NCBI GenBank assembly: GCA_965116795.1
Contig: OZ220716.1
Span: 1,514,503 to 1,578,502, forward strand
Length of the DNA stretch: 64,000 nucleotides
Direction: 5' to 3'
DNA from: Gammaproteobacteria bacterium
Lineage (GTDB): Bacteria > Pseudomonadota > Gammaproteobacteria > JAJFKG01
Part shown: piece after piece, positions 47,212 through 58,428 of the stretch
How positions within the stretch are numbered: position 1 is the stretch's first letter
Layout: every line of letters starts with the position of its first letter
Notes under the pieces: model-generated
What the model saw: only the letters and a program-made list of their open reading frames with translations
Databases searched by the model: none
Told to the model about the DNA's origin: nothing
Made by a program: the position numbers and the translations under genes

Positions 47212-47649
47212 TCAGCACAGTGTTTTCAATAGTTGGGCTGTTGATGTGACATCCGCTAGACGAATAGCCACATGCAGACCATGTGGGTAATGGATAGTCA
47301 ACTCACACGCGGCCGTTTGTATTGCGATGTTGGTTTGAGGTGCTTTGTTCTTAATTGGTTTGACGGTGACAAAGTGTGGTGTTGTTTTACTTGATACGGC
47401 TTTTTGCTCACGCCAGCGTTTTAGTTGAGAATGATTTATTCTTAATGACTTCAGTTTTGAGAATGGTATGCCGTTATTAAAGGCGCGAACAGTTGCTTGG
47501 CGTAACGCTAGTGGCACAGGCGCATTGCTAGATTTGTTAGCCCGCCATTGTTCAAACTGTTGTTGCAATTGATCGAATGATGACGAATTTGCAATCTGTT
47601 TTTTACTACGTAAAGTTGTGCTGTGCGTTTTTGATTTCCTTGTTCCCAT
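47212..47649 (-). CDS. tnpA: IS66 TnpA-like
   Basis: Paralogue of 16234..16671. Confidence 0.75.
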   Translation of the reverse strand: MGTRKSKTHSTTLRSKKQIANSSSFDQLQQQFEQWRANKSSNAPVPLALRQATVRAFNNGIPFSKLKSLRINHSQLKRWREQKAVSSKTTPHFVTVKPIKNKAPQTNIAIQTAACELTIHYPHGLHVAIRLADVTSTAQLLKTLC

Positions 47650-47731
47650 TAAAATGTCCTCTTGATACTGTTAGCAACTTCAGGCTAAACCATCAAAAAA
47701 CACTATGCACGCACTTTTGCGGGAAGCATAC

Positions 47732-49202
47732 CGTTAAGCAGACTGATTTAATCAATGCGACTGCTGAATTGTTAGCCATACCAGAAGACATTATTATCCA
47801 AGGATTGAATGATGAACTGGATGCTGAAACCGTGATTGCTGATACGATTGACGATCAACCGTGCATTTACTTGGCGCCATTTTTTCACGCAGAAAAGGGT
47901 GTTGCCAGCCATATTTTGCGTTTGTTGTATGGCAAGATTCCATGGGCAGGATTACAAGCAGAAAAAGCAATCGCAGCGGCAGCTGCAAATACCCATTTGC
48001 AGTTATCAGAGAGTCAACAAGCAGCAATTCGCACTGTATTAACTAGTAAAGTTGCGATTATCACTGGTGGCCCAGGCGTTGGTAAAACTACGGTGGTCAA
48101 TAGTATTTTGCGCATTGTACGCACTAAACAGTTACAGGTTGTATTGTGTGCGCCGACTGGACGTGCAGCAAAGCGATTAACAGAAACCACGAATATAACC
48201 GCCAAAACCATTCATCGTTTATTGGAATTTGATCCGAGTGTATTTGGGTTTAAGCGTAATGAAAACGAGCCATTAATTGGTGATTTATTTGTATTAGATG
48301 AAGCATCGATGGTAGATATCATACTGATGCATCAATTGTTACGTGCCATTCCACAACACGCCGGTTTATTAATTGTTGGTGATGTTGATCAATTACCATC
48401 AGTTGGGCCAGGGGCAGTATTAGCGGATTTGATTAAATCGACTGTCGTGATAACAGCACGCTTACACGAAATTTTTAGGCAAGCTAGCCATTCGCAGATT
48501 ATTACTAATGCGCATCGGATTAATCAGGGACAGATCCCACAGGTTGATCACGATGCCGATAAACTGAGTGATTTTTATTTAATTACTGCTAAAACCCCAG
48601 AAGCGATTCATGACAAGTTATTGCAGTTAGTTTGTCAGCGGATCCCAGCGCGTTTTGATTGTGACCCGATTAATGATATTCAAGTACTAACCCCGATGAA
48701 TCGTGCTGGGTTAGGTGCGCAGACATTGAATGTGGTGTTACAAAATGCATTAAATCCTAATGCACAACCCCGTATTAAACGTTATGGCACCACGTTTGCC
48801 GTGGGGGATAAAGTTATACAAACAGTGAATAATTATGATAAAGAAGTGTATAACGGTGACATTGGTCGGATCACTCGTATGGATTTAGACGACGAAACTA
48901 TTACTGTTAATTATGATGGCCGTCCTGTGACTTACGACTGGAATCAATGTGATGAAATTAATTTAGCGTATGCAACGACGATTCATAAAAGTCAAGGTTC
49001 AGAATACCCAATTGTTGTTATTCCACTGGCAATGCAACATTACACATTATTACAGCGTAACTTAGTCTATACCGGTGTCACACGCGGCAAACGGTTAGTG
49101 ATCATTGTGGGTGATCCAAAAGCATTGGCTAAGGCAATTGCTAACCATCAAGCAGGTGATCGCCTCACTGGATTAACTCAACGATTGTGTAAGATGGATT
49201 AA
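47732..49202 (+). pseudogene. recD2: RecD2-like SF1B helicase, 5'-truncated by IS66
   Basis: ITGGPGVGKTT, APTGRAAKRL, LDEASMVD, VGDVDQLPSVGPG, YATTIHKSQGSE, YTGVTRG; N-terminal domains missing. Confidence 0.85.
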
Positions 49203-49205
49203 TCG

Positions 49206-49688
49206 TTACTTTTCGACTAATTTAGTTAATGCAGCATGTAATGGTGCAGTGTTTGGATTATTTTTCAATTGTTGTGCAACGGTTTTTAATAATTGTGTAC
49301 TTTTACAAGATAAAGTGCGTTTATTGGGGATTGAAACTGTTGGAGCAGTCGTTGTTGTTGAGTCAAATAAGGTTGGGATCACCTTAAATTCAATATGGCT
49401 TAAATTGGCAAAAGCAGGCAAGCTGCGTAATGCATCACGTAGCGCGTTGCTAGTGTAGCGCAATTGAGTAATATATGCAGCGTTATCGATACCAATAGTG
49501 AGTTTGCCTTGTTGCCATTTTGTCACTCGACAGTGTGATGCAATCTGTTTTGGTAATAGTTGACTAACCTGTTGCTGTAACTGTTGTAGATTGGCTGCTT
49601 GTTTATGCAATTCATGCAACGAACTATTAGTGCCGCTAATAATTTCATTGAGTGATTGATAATGACTGTTATGATCAAGATGACTCAT
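49206..49688 (-). CDS. dciA: DciA (DUF721) helicase loader
   Basis: LLPKQIASHCRV..GKLTIGIDNAAYITQLRY; located upstream of secA as in other gammaproteobacteria. Confidence 0.75.
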   Translation of the reverse strand: MSHLDHNSHYQSLNEIISGTNSSLHELHKQAANLQQLQQQVSQLLPKQIASHCRVTKWQQGKLTIGIDNAAYITQLRYTSNALRDALRSLPAFANLSHIEFKVIPTLFDSTTTTAPTVSIPNKRTLSCKSTQLLKTVAQQLKNNPNTAPLHAALTKLVEK

Positions 49689-49773
49689 GTTAGGCTGCTA
49701 GCATTAATGTTGATTAACTTTAACATAATTAACACAGTCCCGTCGTCCCATTGTACTTTGCTTATTAGTGAGG

Positions 49774-50625
49774 CTATCGAGGACTATGATTAGCTTCTGG
49801 GGGCTCTTCTTCCATTTTAGTAAACTCTAATGAATATTTTTTTGCTATTTCAACAAGAGTTGATAGTTTTTCCTCTAATTCATCAACTGATGATTTTAAT
49901 AAAGACTCGGTTTTTTTTGCACTTTTCACTTTTTCAAAAATAGTACTTAAATTGGTTCTATACTCAGGAGTGTGCAATAACCACCGATGTGCTTCTATAA
50001 GACTCGCACTTCTTGATACTAAATATGACGATACAACTATACTGTTTGCATTTGCTGCGGCATTTATTATTGTTGCAACATTTTTTTTGTAATGTTCAGC
50101 CTTTGTGATATCCCATAATCCGGTAGCACTAATACTTTTTCCAACATGTGTTGTAACAGAACCTACTAAACTATTTACGCCACTCGAAGTGCCATAGCCA
50201 TAAGTAGCCGTATCTATCATATTCTTTGTGTGTTCTGCATACTTGGTTTCTGTTTGTAATAACATATCAATCAGTGGTCTGCTTGCTTTTTCCAATAAAG
50301 TTAAGAAGTTTTTCATTAATGTATCTTGTTCAATGTGATCACAAATAAAGTTGATTGCAAATTCTGAAAAATCATCTCCGACATTAAGCAATGCTATAAA
50401 CTGAGCTTGTAGGGTTTCGTCTAGCGCAAAAAAATCGCCTTTTTCTGTTGAACCAAGCAACTGTGCTAAACAACTTCTACAAAAATGGCTATCTTTCATC
50501 TCAATGGCTAACTTTATTTCTTCTTGAGTAGTACGCGGTTGTACATTTTCTACTAAAATAAAATCATCTTCTTGCTGTTGTGGCTGACTATTAGAATTGG
50601 AACTTGATGAAGCAAACATAAACAT
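49774..50625 (-). CDS. Hypothetical protein, AT-rich and effector-like
   Basis: 283-aa ORF, Ser/Gln-rich N-terminus, acidic C-terminus (MEEEPPE); no recognised domain. Confidence 0.6.
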   Translation of the reverse strand: MFMFASSSSNSNSQPQQQEDDFILVENVQPRTTQEEIKLAIEMKDSHFCRSCLAQLLGSTEKGDFFALDETLQAQFIALLNVGDDFSEFAINFICDHIEQDTLMKNFLTLLEKASRPLIDMLLQTETKYAEHTKNMIDTATYGYGTSSGVNSLVGSVTTHVGKSISATGLWDITKAEHYKKNVATIINAAANANSIVVSSYLVSRSASLIEAHRWLLHTPEYRTNLSTIFEKVKSAKKTESLLKSSVDELEEKLSTLVEIAKKYSLEFTKMEEEPPEANHSPR

Positions 50626-50860
50626 AATGAACTACCTGTTTTAACATATTGATTAGTAAAAATCGGATGCTATTTTAACCGATCTAACCAGCAAAATCAA
50701 GTTATCCACAGGGCAATAAGGGTTATGATAGCTATATGCAAAGCGTTTTAAATTTAGGACTTTGTTGGCTTCACCTTCTCACAAAAGTCATGTCTTTCAA
50801 TACATGACTGTGATTCGAAAGCTTGTCACATCGCCTAAATTCAAAATGCTTTGAGTATAT

Positions 50861-51295
50861 TCAATCATGTTTGCGTAATTTGTCGTGAATTTTTTCCAAC
50901 ATTTGAAATAAACGATAACGTTCTTCTGGAGAAATTGCTGATAACATTTGATCATTAAAGGATTGTAATTGGGTGTAAACGCCTTGAACCAGATCGCTAT
51001 TTGCTGGATGTACTTTAATAACCCGTGCGCGGCGGTCTTTATCACTTACTGTTTTAATAATAATTTTTTTCTCTGCTAACTTATCTAACACTTTGGTTAG
51101 GTAACTATCATCAATGCCAATGTAATCACGCACGGCTGTTTGCGTTACCATCCCTTGGTGATAGTGGAGTAATGCGATAATTAGCCATTCATAGCGAGTT
51201 AAATTATAGGCTTTGAGTCGTTTGTCTAGGGTTTGTCGGGTATCGCGTAATAAAGTCCCGATGGTATAGGCGAGATTTTGTATGGCCATGGTCAT
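50861..51295 (-). CDS. MarR-family transcriptional regulator
   Basis: LTRYEW, LTKVLDKL..K.II...DKDRRAR; AGGAG RBS. Confidence 0.88.
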   Translation of the reverse strand: MTMAIQNLAYTIGTLLRDTRQTLDKRLKAYNLTRYEWLIIALLHYHQGMVTQTAVRDYIGIDDSYLTKVLDKLAEKKIIIKTVSDKDRRARVIKVHPANSDLVQGVYTQLQSFNDQMLSAISPEERYRLFQMLEKIHDKLRKHD

Positions 51296-51381
51296 GTCAG
51301 TTCACTCCTGTTGGCTGACGGTTATTGATTAAGTTAATTATATCGTGAATTTCCCATTTGTCATCTTATGGTTTTTTTTGC

Positions 51382-52437
51382 CTATAGACGATGAGTAAAT
51401 TCGTATAATCGTTTGACCACGGCTTGCCACTGTGCAATGTCGGTATAACGGATCACAATAAAGCTCAATGCCATACTCACTTGACTGAAGGCTAAACCAA
51501 TTTGCATTAAGCCACCGATTTGTACGGTATGTTGAATAAACAACGGCAAGCCAATTAGTGTACCCACTAACATAGTACCACTTAAAAAAAAGGTGTTAAA
51601 AAAGGTATAGCGTCTGCGAACATACATAGCATGATGATAGTTACGTACGACTGATTTAAATAAATAACGTAATTTGTGTTGAGCTTGTCGCTTGTCTGAT
51701 TGTAATTCATCTTGAGACGCTTGTTTGTGGGTGAGCAATAATGTACGTCGATAATCAGCATTGTAACGTTGTTGTTGGTAATCTAAGTCAACTAATGGAT
51801 TAGCAATTTTTACAGTAAACCATGAACAAAATACTGCCCACAGTAGCGCTGCCCAAAATAAATAACCCGGAATATATACGTGAATAGTCGTAGATATTAC
51901 AATGGGTGTTGTTCCGGACAAGTGCCACAATAGCCAACTAAATGATCCTAATAAAAATAGCGACGATAATAATCCATGTAATAATAACATTGTCCGCTCA
52001 GGGAATTCATGTATGTCCTGACTTAAGCGTTGATCGGGATTATCTGCGTTAATAGTCGGTGCATTTGGCGTGTGTAAATGCGTTATCCACTGACGTAAAT
52101 AATGATGGGTTAACCAGCGTCGCCATTGCAAACCAATTAAACTTGTTACATATTGTGCATAGCCGTGACTAATGCATAACAAGGCAATGATACCAATTAA
52201 CCATACGCAATGCTGTTTTAACAAGGTAAATTGTCCTTGTTGTAAGATATCAAATAATGCTTTTTGCCAGTCGGTCAACCATACAGATGCCATTGAGTAA
52301 GCAATAATGCATAACAGCAATATTGTACTTAGTAACCAAGCACGGCGATTTTGTCGCGATAACCAAAACGGTTTTGCCAATTGCCAGCATTGTTGCCACA
52401 GTGATTGCACTAACGGCGGTGTTGTTGTGAGGTGCAT
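51382..52437 (-). CDS. SbmA/BacA/YddA-like transmembrane transporter domain (no ATPase domain)
   Basis: LAKPFW, QWRRWLTHHYL, DNPDQRLSQDI, IPGYLFWAA, AQWQAVVKRL; start uncertain. Confidence 0.75.
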   Translation of the reverse strand: MHLTTTPPLVQSLWQQCWQLAKPFWLSRQNRRAWLLSTILLLCIIAYSMASVWLTDWQKALFDILQQGQFTLLKQHCVWLIGIIALLCISHGYAQYVTSLIGLQWRRWLTHHYLRQWITHLHTPNAPTINADNPDQRLSQDIHEFPERTMLLLHGLLSSLFLLGSFSWLLWHLSGTTPIVISTTIHVYIPGYLFWAALLWAVFCSWFTVKIANPLVDLDYQQQRYNADYRRTLLLTHKQASQDELQSDKRQAQHKLRYLFKSVVRNYHHAMYVRRRYTFFNTFFLSGTMLVGTLIGLPLFIQHTVQIGGLMQIGLAFSQVSMALSFIVIRYTDIAQWQAVVKRLYEFTHRL

Positions 52438-52576
52438 TGAATAACTGCTTTGTATCGTTGAAAATGACATTGTACGAAGGAAGCTATCGATTGCCAACTG
52501 ATGGATGCTATGCATAGCGTCGATTACATAAATCGCGTACAATCAGCCCCATTTCACATAGATTAAGGTAAGTGAT

Positions 52577-55324
52577 ATGCTGGCCACGCTGACAAAAAAA
52601 TTATTTGGTAGTCGTAATGAGAGATTATTGCGCAATTTTCAACGTATTGTCGCCGAGATCAATGCATTGGAGTCGACCGTTGGTGAATTAGATAACGACG
52701 CATTACGTGCAAAAACCACTGAATTTAAGCAAATCTTAACACAGACCACCCAATCTGAGGCGGAACAATTAACCGCTATTTTGCCACAAGCATTTGCTGT
52801 AGTGCGTGAAGTGGCAAAACGTACATTGGGCTTACGCCATTTTGATGTGCAATTGATCGGTGGTATGACATTGCATACCGGAAAAATTGCAGAAATGCGT
52901 ACTGGTGAAGGTAAAACCTTAATGTCAACATTGCCCGCGTATTTGAATGCGTTAACTGGCAAAGGGGTACACATTGTTACGATTAACGATTACTTGGCTA
53001 AACGTGACGCCGATTGGATGCGCCCAATATTTGATTTTTTAGGGATAAGTGTCGGCGTTGTGATACCTGGAATGACATTTGAAGAAAAACAAACTGCATA
53101 TGCTGCTGACATTGTATATGGCACAAATAACGAATTTGGTTTTGATTATTTACGCGATAATATGGCATTTAGTTTAGCCGAAAAAGTACAGCGTGAATTA
53201 CAGTTTGCGATCATCGATGAAGTAGATTCCATCTTGATCGACGAAGCACGTACGCCACTTATTATTTCAGGCCCAGCAGAAGAGAGTTCTGAGTATTACC
53301 AGTTGCTGAATCGGATCGCACCTAAATTAAAAAAACAAATTGAAGAAAATGACGAAGGTGATTTTACCTTAGATGAAAAACAACGTCAGGCGTATTTAAC
53401 TGAAGCTGGTCATGAACATATTGAAAAATTATTAATAGCTGAAGGAGCGATTGGTGCTTCTGATAGCTTGTATGATGCCAAAAATATTTTGATGCTACAT
53501 CATTTAAATGCCGCATTGCGTGCGCATCACTTATATCAATGTGATGTTGATTACATTGTAGCGAATAATGAAGTGGTTATCGTTGATGAACATACCGGAC
53601 GCACTATGCCAGGACGACGTTGGTCTGAAGGGTTGCACCAGGCAGTTGAAGCAAAAGAAGGGGTGGTGATTCAACAGGAAAATCAAACACTGGCATCAAT
53701 TACGTTTCAAAATTACTTTAGATTATATGAAAAACTATCCGGGATGACTGGTACAGCTGATACCGAAGCATATGAGTTTCAGCATATTTATGGATTAGAA
53801 GTGGTGGTGATTCCAACCAATAAGCCAATGATCCGTAACGATTGTTCAGATCAAATTTATTTAACTCAACAAGAAAAATTTAGCGCAATTATCGATGACA
53901 TTAAACATACTATTGCCAAACAACAACCAATATTGGTCGGTACAGCATCGATTGAAACATCAGAATATTTATCTAATTTACTCAATAAAGCCAACATTAA
54001 ACATCAAGTATTGAATGCGAAATATCACGAAAAAGAAGCACATATTATTGCGCAGGCAGGTAAGCCAGGTGCAGTGACGATTGCCACCAATATGGCAGGG
54101 CGTGGCACGGATATTGTCTTAGGTGGTAATTTAGATGCTGAAATAGCAGCACTTGGTGAATCAGCAACTCCAGAGCAAATTGAACAATGTCGTCATGCAT
54201 GGCAGCAACATCATCAGCAAGTTGTCGATGCAGGAGGGTTGTATGTATTAGGAACAGAACGTCATGAATCACGCCGCATTGATAATCAATTACGTGGACG
54301 TGCGGGGCGACAAGGTGATCCGGGTTTAAGTCGATTTTATTTATCATTAGAAGATAATTTAATGCGGATATTTGCCTCAGAACGCGTTAGTCAAATCATG
54401 AAACGATTGGGGTTGCGCGATGGTGAATCAATAGAACATCCATTTATTACTCGTGCAATTGCCAATGCGCAACGCAAAGTTGAAGGGCATAACTTTGATA
54501 TTCGCAAACAATTACTCGAATTTGATGATGTTGCCAATGAACAACGCAAGCGGATCTATACACGACGTAATGAGTTAATGGCAACTGATGATATATCTGA
54601 TGATTTGCATGCTAGCCAACAACAAGTATTAGATGAATTAATTAATCGTTATCTGCCACCACAAAGCTTTGAAGAACAGTGGGATGTGGATGGCTTGCAA
54701 ACAATATTACGCAGTGAATTTGCTTTAGATCTGCCATTAGTAGCGTGGTTACAACAAGATAATAAATTAACCCAAGATGATATTCATACACGTATTAAAG
54801 AACAGTTTAACCAACAGCAACAGGCTAAATTTTCCAATGTAGAACCAGCTGCGTTACGCCAAATTGAAAAATCTGTGATGTTGCAAAGTCTCGATCTACA
54901 TTGGCGTGAACATTTAGCGGCAATGGATTATTTACGTCAAGGTATTCATTTGCGTGGTTATGCACAAAAAAATCCAACTCAAGAATATAAACGTGAAGCA
55001 TTTGTTTTATTTCAAAACATGTTAGGGACTGTAGAGCATGATGTTGTGTCAATGTTGGCACGCGTCGATATTCAAGCTGCTGATACCGCCGATACAATGG
55101 AAGCACAGCGTCGTTCGCAGTTATCTACTAAGCAAGCACAACCCCATCATGCTAATGCATTAAATTTGCTACAGCCACAAACTGATCCTGAACCGGTTGT
55201 GGAAAATACCACGGTGGTTCATCAGGATCCATTTGTCTATAATGCTCCTAAAGTGGGACGCAATGCGCCGTGCCCATGTGGCTCAGGGCGTAAATATAAA
55301 CAGTGTCATGGACGTGTTGGTTAA
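52577..55324 (+). CDS. secA: Preprotein translocase ATPase SecA
   Basis: [78 protein letters not shown]. Confidence 0.99.
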   Translation: MLATLTKKLFGSRNERLLRNFQRIVAEINALESTVGELDNDALRAKTTEFKQILTQTTQSEAEQLTAILPQAFAVVREVAKRTLGLRHFDVQLIGGMTLHTGKIAEMRTGEGKTLMSTLPAYLNALTGKGVHIVTINDYLAKRDADWMRPIFDFLGISVGVVIPGMTFEEKQTAYAADIVYGTNNEFGFDYLRDNMAFSLAEKVQRELQFAIIDEVDSILIDEARTPLIISGPAEESSEYYQLLNRIAPKLKKQIEENDEGDFTLDEKQRQAYLTEAGHEHIEKLLIAEGAIGASDSLYDAKNILMLHHLNAALRAHHLYQCDVDYIVANNEVVIVDEHTGRTMPGRRWSEGLHQAVEAKEGVVIQQENQTLASITFQNYFRLYEKLSGMTGTADTEAYEFQHIYGLEVVVIPTNKPMIRNDCSDQIYLTQQEKFSAIIDDIKHTIAKQQPILVGTASIETSEYLSNLLNKANIKHQVLNAKYHEKEAHIIAQAGKPGAVTIATNMAGRGTDIVLGGNLDAEIAALGESATPEQIEQCRHAWQQHHQQVVDAGGLYVLGTERHESRRIDNQLRGRAGRQGDPGLSRFYLSLEDNLMRIFASERVSQIMKRLGLRDGESIEHPFITRAIANAQRKVEGHNFDIRKQLLEFDDVANEQRKRIYTRRNELMATDDISDDLHASQQQVLDELINRYLPPQSFEEQWDVDGLQTILRSEFALDLPLVAWLQQDNKLTQDDIHTRIKEQFNQQQQAKFSNVEPAALRQIEKSVMLQSLDLHWREHLAAMDYLRQGIHLRGYAQKNPTQEYKREAFVLFQNMLGTVEHDVVSMLARVDIQAADTADTMEAQRRSQLSTKQAQPHHANALNLLQPQTDPEPVVENTTVVHQDPFVYNAPKVGRNAPCPCGSGRKYKQCHGRVG

Positions 55325-55326
55325 CA

Positions 55327-55758
55327 ATGAATGTGGCTGTTTCTAATTCGTTGGCAATAGTGCCCGTTGCAACCGGTATTGTGTTCCACCCACATGATAA
55401 TACGGTCTTGATCGCATTACGCCCACCACACGTACCGTTTCCCGGTTTGTGGGAATTCCCTGGTGGAAAAGTAGAACCAGGTGAAACAACACAAATGGCA
55501 TTACAACGTGAATTGGCAGAAGAAGTTGGCATCCAAGTGATTACAGCAGTGCCATGGTTGTGTGTCGAACAGATGTATCCCACTCGTTGTGTCCGCTTAA
55601 CGGTATGGCAAGTACATGCATTTTCAGGAGTGGCCAGTGGGTGTGAAGGACAAACAGTACGTTGGATATCACCAACGATGTTATATCGGTATAAATTTCC
55701 TGCTGCGAACGATGTAATCATTCGTGCTTTGGTTAGTGAAACTGTTGCAGCAGGCTAA
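55327..55758 (+). CDS. mutT: 8-oxo-dGTP diphosphatase MutT (Nudix)
   Basis: WEFPGGKVEPGET..ALQRELAEEVGI, FPAAN; follows secA. Confidence 0.9.
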   Translation: MNVAVSNSLAIVPVATGIVFHPHDNTVLIALRPPHVPFPGLWEFPGGKVEPGETTQMALQRELAEEVGIQVITAVPWLCVEQMYPTRCVRLTVWQVHAFSGVASGCEGQTVRWISPTMLYRYKFPAANDVIIRALVSETVAAG

Positions 55759-56508
55759 TTCAAATACGATATCATCGGTGGTTTGTAAGGCACGTCCTTG
55801 TGAATTATGTTGCATGAAACGTAGTGCTAAGCGGTGACGACCAACGCTTAAGTCTGGGTATACCGATATGTGTTTGGGTATACTGATTCGAATTAATTGA
55901 AAAGTATTATCTTGGCTAAATGTTTCTTGATAAAATCCAGTTTGTGCTGTTCGTACAGTTTTTTTAGCATTTTCACGGGTTAAATACAGTAATAAATGTG
56001 TCATTTGTTGAATGGTGATTAATTCATTTAACCAAGTATCTATATCATGTTGACGTTTGGCAAAAGGTTGATGTAACCAAAAGTGATAATACGGTGCGTC
56101 AAAATGACAGATACCAACAGGACTGCGTAATTGTTGATGTATGCTGTGTAGGAATTCATTATGACGTAATTGATTAGCTAATTTACCATTGTGATTGTGC
56201 AAGTAATCATAAATGATGCGTAATTGAGTTGAAATGTATTCTAATTGTTGCGGATTAACCTGAGGATTATGTTGTAGTTGGGTGAGCTTAGTACGATGGC
56301 GTTGTATTTCATGGGTGAATTTTGATTTGTAATCAGGGCGATCAAGTAATTCAGTAATGTTTAATATAGAATCGATGATATTATGACTATCCCAATTAGT
56401 TTGCCCGGCTAGATGATATTTGATCTTGTTAAATAAGTATTCTAAGCGCAAACAAATGCGTATTAACTCATTAAGAGGCTGCTCGTAAATGAGGTTGTCA
56501 TTTTCCAT
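55681..56508 (-). CDS. zapD: Cell division protein ZapD
   Basis: IYEQPLNELIRICLRLEYL, FDAPYYHFWL, FELACC; downstream of coaE. Confidence 0.9.
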   Translation of the reverse strand: MENDNLIYEQPLNELIRICLRLEYLFNKIKYHLAGQTNWDSHNIIDSILNITELLDRPDYKSKFTHEIQRHRTKLTQLQHNPQVNPQQLEYISTQLRIIYDYLHNHNGKLANQLRHNEFLHSIHQQLRSPVGICHFDAPYYHFWLHQPFAKRQHDIDTWLNELITIQQMTHLLLYLTRENAKKTVRTAQTGFYQETFSQDNTFQLIRISIPKHISVYPDLSVGRHRLALRFMQHNSQGRALQTTDDIVFELACCNSFTNQSTNDYIVRSRKFIPI

Positions 56509-56586
56509 AGCCAAGCTCCGGGTGATATTGCTAATGGACTGTATTGACAGTGATGTCAATATAATACTGCTAAGCATAGCATAGTT

Positions 56587-56751
56587 ACGTGATCTTCGAC
56601 TTTCTATGTAATAGTGTAACTATTTGGATTATTCAGATCCCAGACAGCCGTTCCACGGCTTCTGGGATAACGCCTCAACGCGCAGAGGTTCTATTAAGTT
56701 GTTTTTGAAAACAAACCCATTTGGCTTCTTAGATAAAGTCGAACATGGCGT
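56587..56751. mobile_element. IS982-related MITE (165 bp) between coaE and zapD
   Basis: Imperfect TIRs ACGTGATCTTCGACTTT / AAAGTCGAACATGGCGT resembling the IS982 ends; TAGTT duplicated on both sides; internal hairpin 56637-56668. Confidence 0.7.
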
Positions 56752-56756
56752 TAGTT

Positions 56757-57371
56757 TTATTGATATCCAGCTAACTTAAGAAATTGTTGGTGTTGTTTAT
56801 CAACAAGTGTAGCCAGATCAGCTAAGGTGGTGTTATTGCTGATAACCACATCTGCAACATCAAGTCGCGCTTGGCGTGATGTTTGGCTAGTGAGTATGGC
56901 TTTGCATTGGGATAAATTGAGATTATCGCGATTTTGTAACCGTTGTAGCTGGATGGTTTCATCTATATCAATCACTAATACATGATCTAACCAATCATAA
57001 ACATTGGTTTCTACTAATAATGGGATCACAACAATACAATAAGGTGGTGGATTTGTTTGCTGGGTTAGCGTATTAATATCCTCAGTCACAGCTTGGCGAA
57101 TCAACGGATGTAATAATTGTTCTAACCATTGTTTCTCATCATGGTTAGTAAAGATTATATCGCGCAATTTGTCTCGCTTAAGTTTTCCCTGCTTATCAAG
57201 AATATGATCACCAAAGTGTTTAATGATAGCCTGTAGTGCAGGTTGTTTAGGTAAAACTAATTGATGTGCAATTTGATCGGTGTCAATAATTGGAACATTG
57301 TGTTTTGCGAAGCAATTAGCAGCGGTAGTTTTACCACTGGCAATACCACCGGTTAATCCAACAGTTAACAT
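56757..57371 (-). CDS. coaE: Dephospho-CoA kinase
   Basis: VGLTGGIASGKT, IDTD, LLHPLI, IPLLVE. Confidence 0.95.
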   Translation of the reverse strand: MLTVGLTGGIASGKTTAANCFAKHNVPIIDTDQIAHQLVLPKQPALQAIIKHFGDHILDKQGKLKRDKLRDIIFTNHDEKQWLEQLLHPLIRQAVTEDINTLTQQTNPPPYCIVVIPLLVETNVYDWLDHVLVIDIDETIQLQRLQNRDNLNLSQCKAILTSQTSRQARLDVADVVISNNTTLADLATLVDKQHQQFLKLAGYQ

Positions 57372-57414
57372 AGTTGTCAATACCACATTTAATTAGATGC
57401 TTACTTCAAAGTAA

Positions 57415-58362
57415 TTACAATGCAAGTTTTAAATACCATTGTACTAACCAATCCCCCCAACATAAGCTGATCCAAGCAGCTAACGCTAAATAGGGACCGA
57501 ATGGTAATGGCATACTGCGTTGATGCCTACGTAAGATATGAATACTAATCCCAACAATGGAACCGACAAGTGATGCGATTAAAATAATCATCAATAACAT
57601 TGGCCAGCCAAACCAGGCCCCAAATGCACTGACTAACTTAAAGTCGCCATATCCCATGCCTTCACGGCCGGTGATGCGATAAAATACCTGGGCAATTGTC
57701 CATAAACTAAGGTAGCCAACAATGGCACCGATCACTGCATTGTCTAATGTAGTAAATACTGAAAATAGGTTACAAAATAAGCCAAGCCAGATTAATGATA
57801 ATGTTAAGTTATCTGGTAACAGTTGATGGTCAAGATCAATAACTGTCATTGTTAATAAAAACCAAGTAAATATTACTCCAGCTATGCCATTCCAAGTAAA
57901 GCCTAATTGCCATAACACGATTATTGCTAGCAAACTGGCTAACACTTCGATAGTCGGATAACGCCAAGAGATTGGATGATGGCAAAAATAACAACGTCTG
58001 CGTAGTAGTAAAAAACTTAATAGAGGAATATTACACCACCATGGTAACTTGTGTTGGCAGCGTGGACAGTGTGAACGCGGCAATACCAAACTAAATGCCG
58101 GGTCGTTTTTTACAGCGTTTTCATTATCTTCATTGGTAATAATATTATGAAAGTGCAGTGTTGGATCATGTAAGTTAGGGGCAGTTGGGCAAGCACGTAC
58201 TAAGGCACTTGCTTGTTGATACCAGTCATGTAATAGCATTCTTGGTAGGCGGTAGATCACAACATTTAAAAAACTACCAATACATAATCCAATGAGCCCA
58301 ACTACGATCATTGTCATGATTGGATAGTGTGTAGCAATTAAAGAAAAGACATGTATATCCAT
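57415..58362 (-). CDS. pilD: Prepilin peptidase/N-methyltransferase
   Basis: GSFLNVVIYRLP, RSHCPRC, IDLDHQLLPD, EGMGYGDFKL, PFGPYL. Confidence 0.95.
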   Translation of the reverse strand: MDIHVFSLIATHYPIMTMIVVGLIGLCIGSFLNVVIYRLPRMLLHDWYQQASALVRACPTAPNLHDPTLHFHNIITNEDNENAVKNDPAFSLVLPRSHCPRCQHKLPWWCNIPLLSFLLLRRRCYFCHHPISWRYPTIEVLASLLAIIVLWQLGFTWNGIAGVIFTWFLLTMTVIDLDHQLLPDNLTLSLIWLGLFCNLFSVFTTLDNAVIGAIVGYLSLWTIAQVFYRITGREGMGYGDFKLVSAFGAWFGWPMLLMIILIASLVGSIVGISIHILRRHQRSMPLPFGPYLALAAWISLCWGDWLVQWYLKLAL

Positions 58363-58428
58363 ATTGGTTCAATATAGCATTTCTAGGCTCCGATTGCTTG
58401 CAAACCATTAACAACTTAATAAGGATGA

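Larger units (their letters stand above)
45025..47731 (-). mobile_element. IS66-family element, copy 2 (divergent relative of copy 1, opposite orientation)
   Basis: Ends GTATGCTTCC (45025) and GGAAGCATAC (47731); flanks TTTTCATT vs CGTTAAGC not duplicated. Confidence 0.9.

Noticed and set aside
47577-47731. N-terminal extension of the 541-aa helicase ORF
   Set aside because: These codons lie within the IS66 end and are not part of recD2
55681-55758. 78-bp convergent overlap of mutT and zapD
   Set aside because: Most simply a stop-codon loss extending ZapD past FELACC; no sign of a special function
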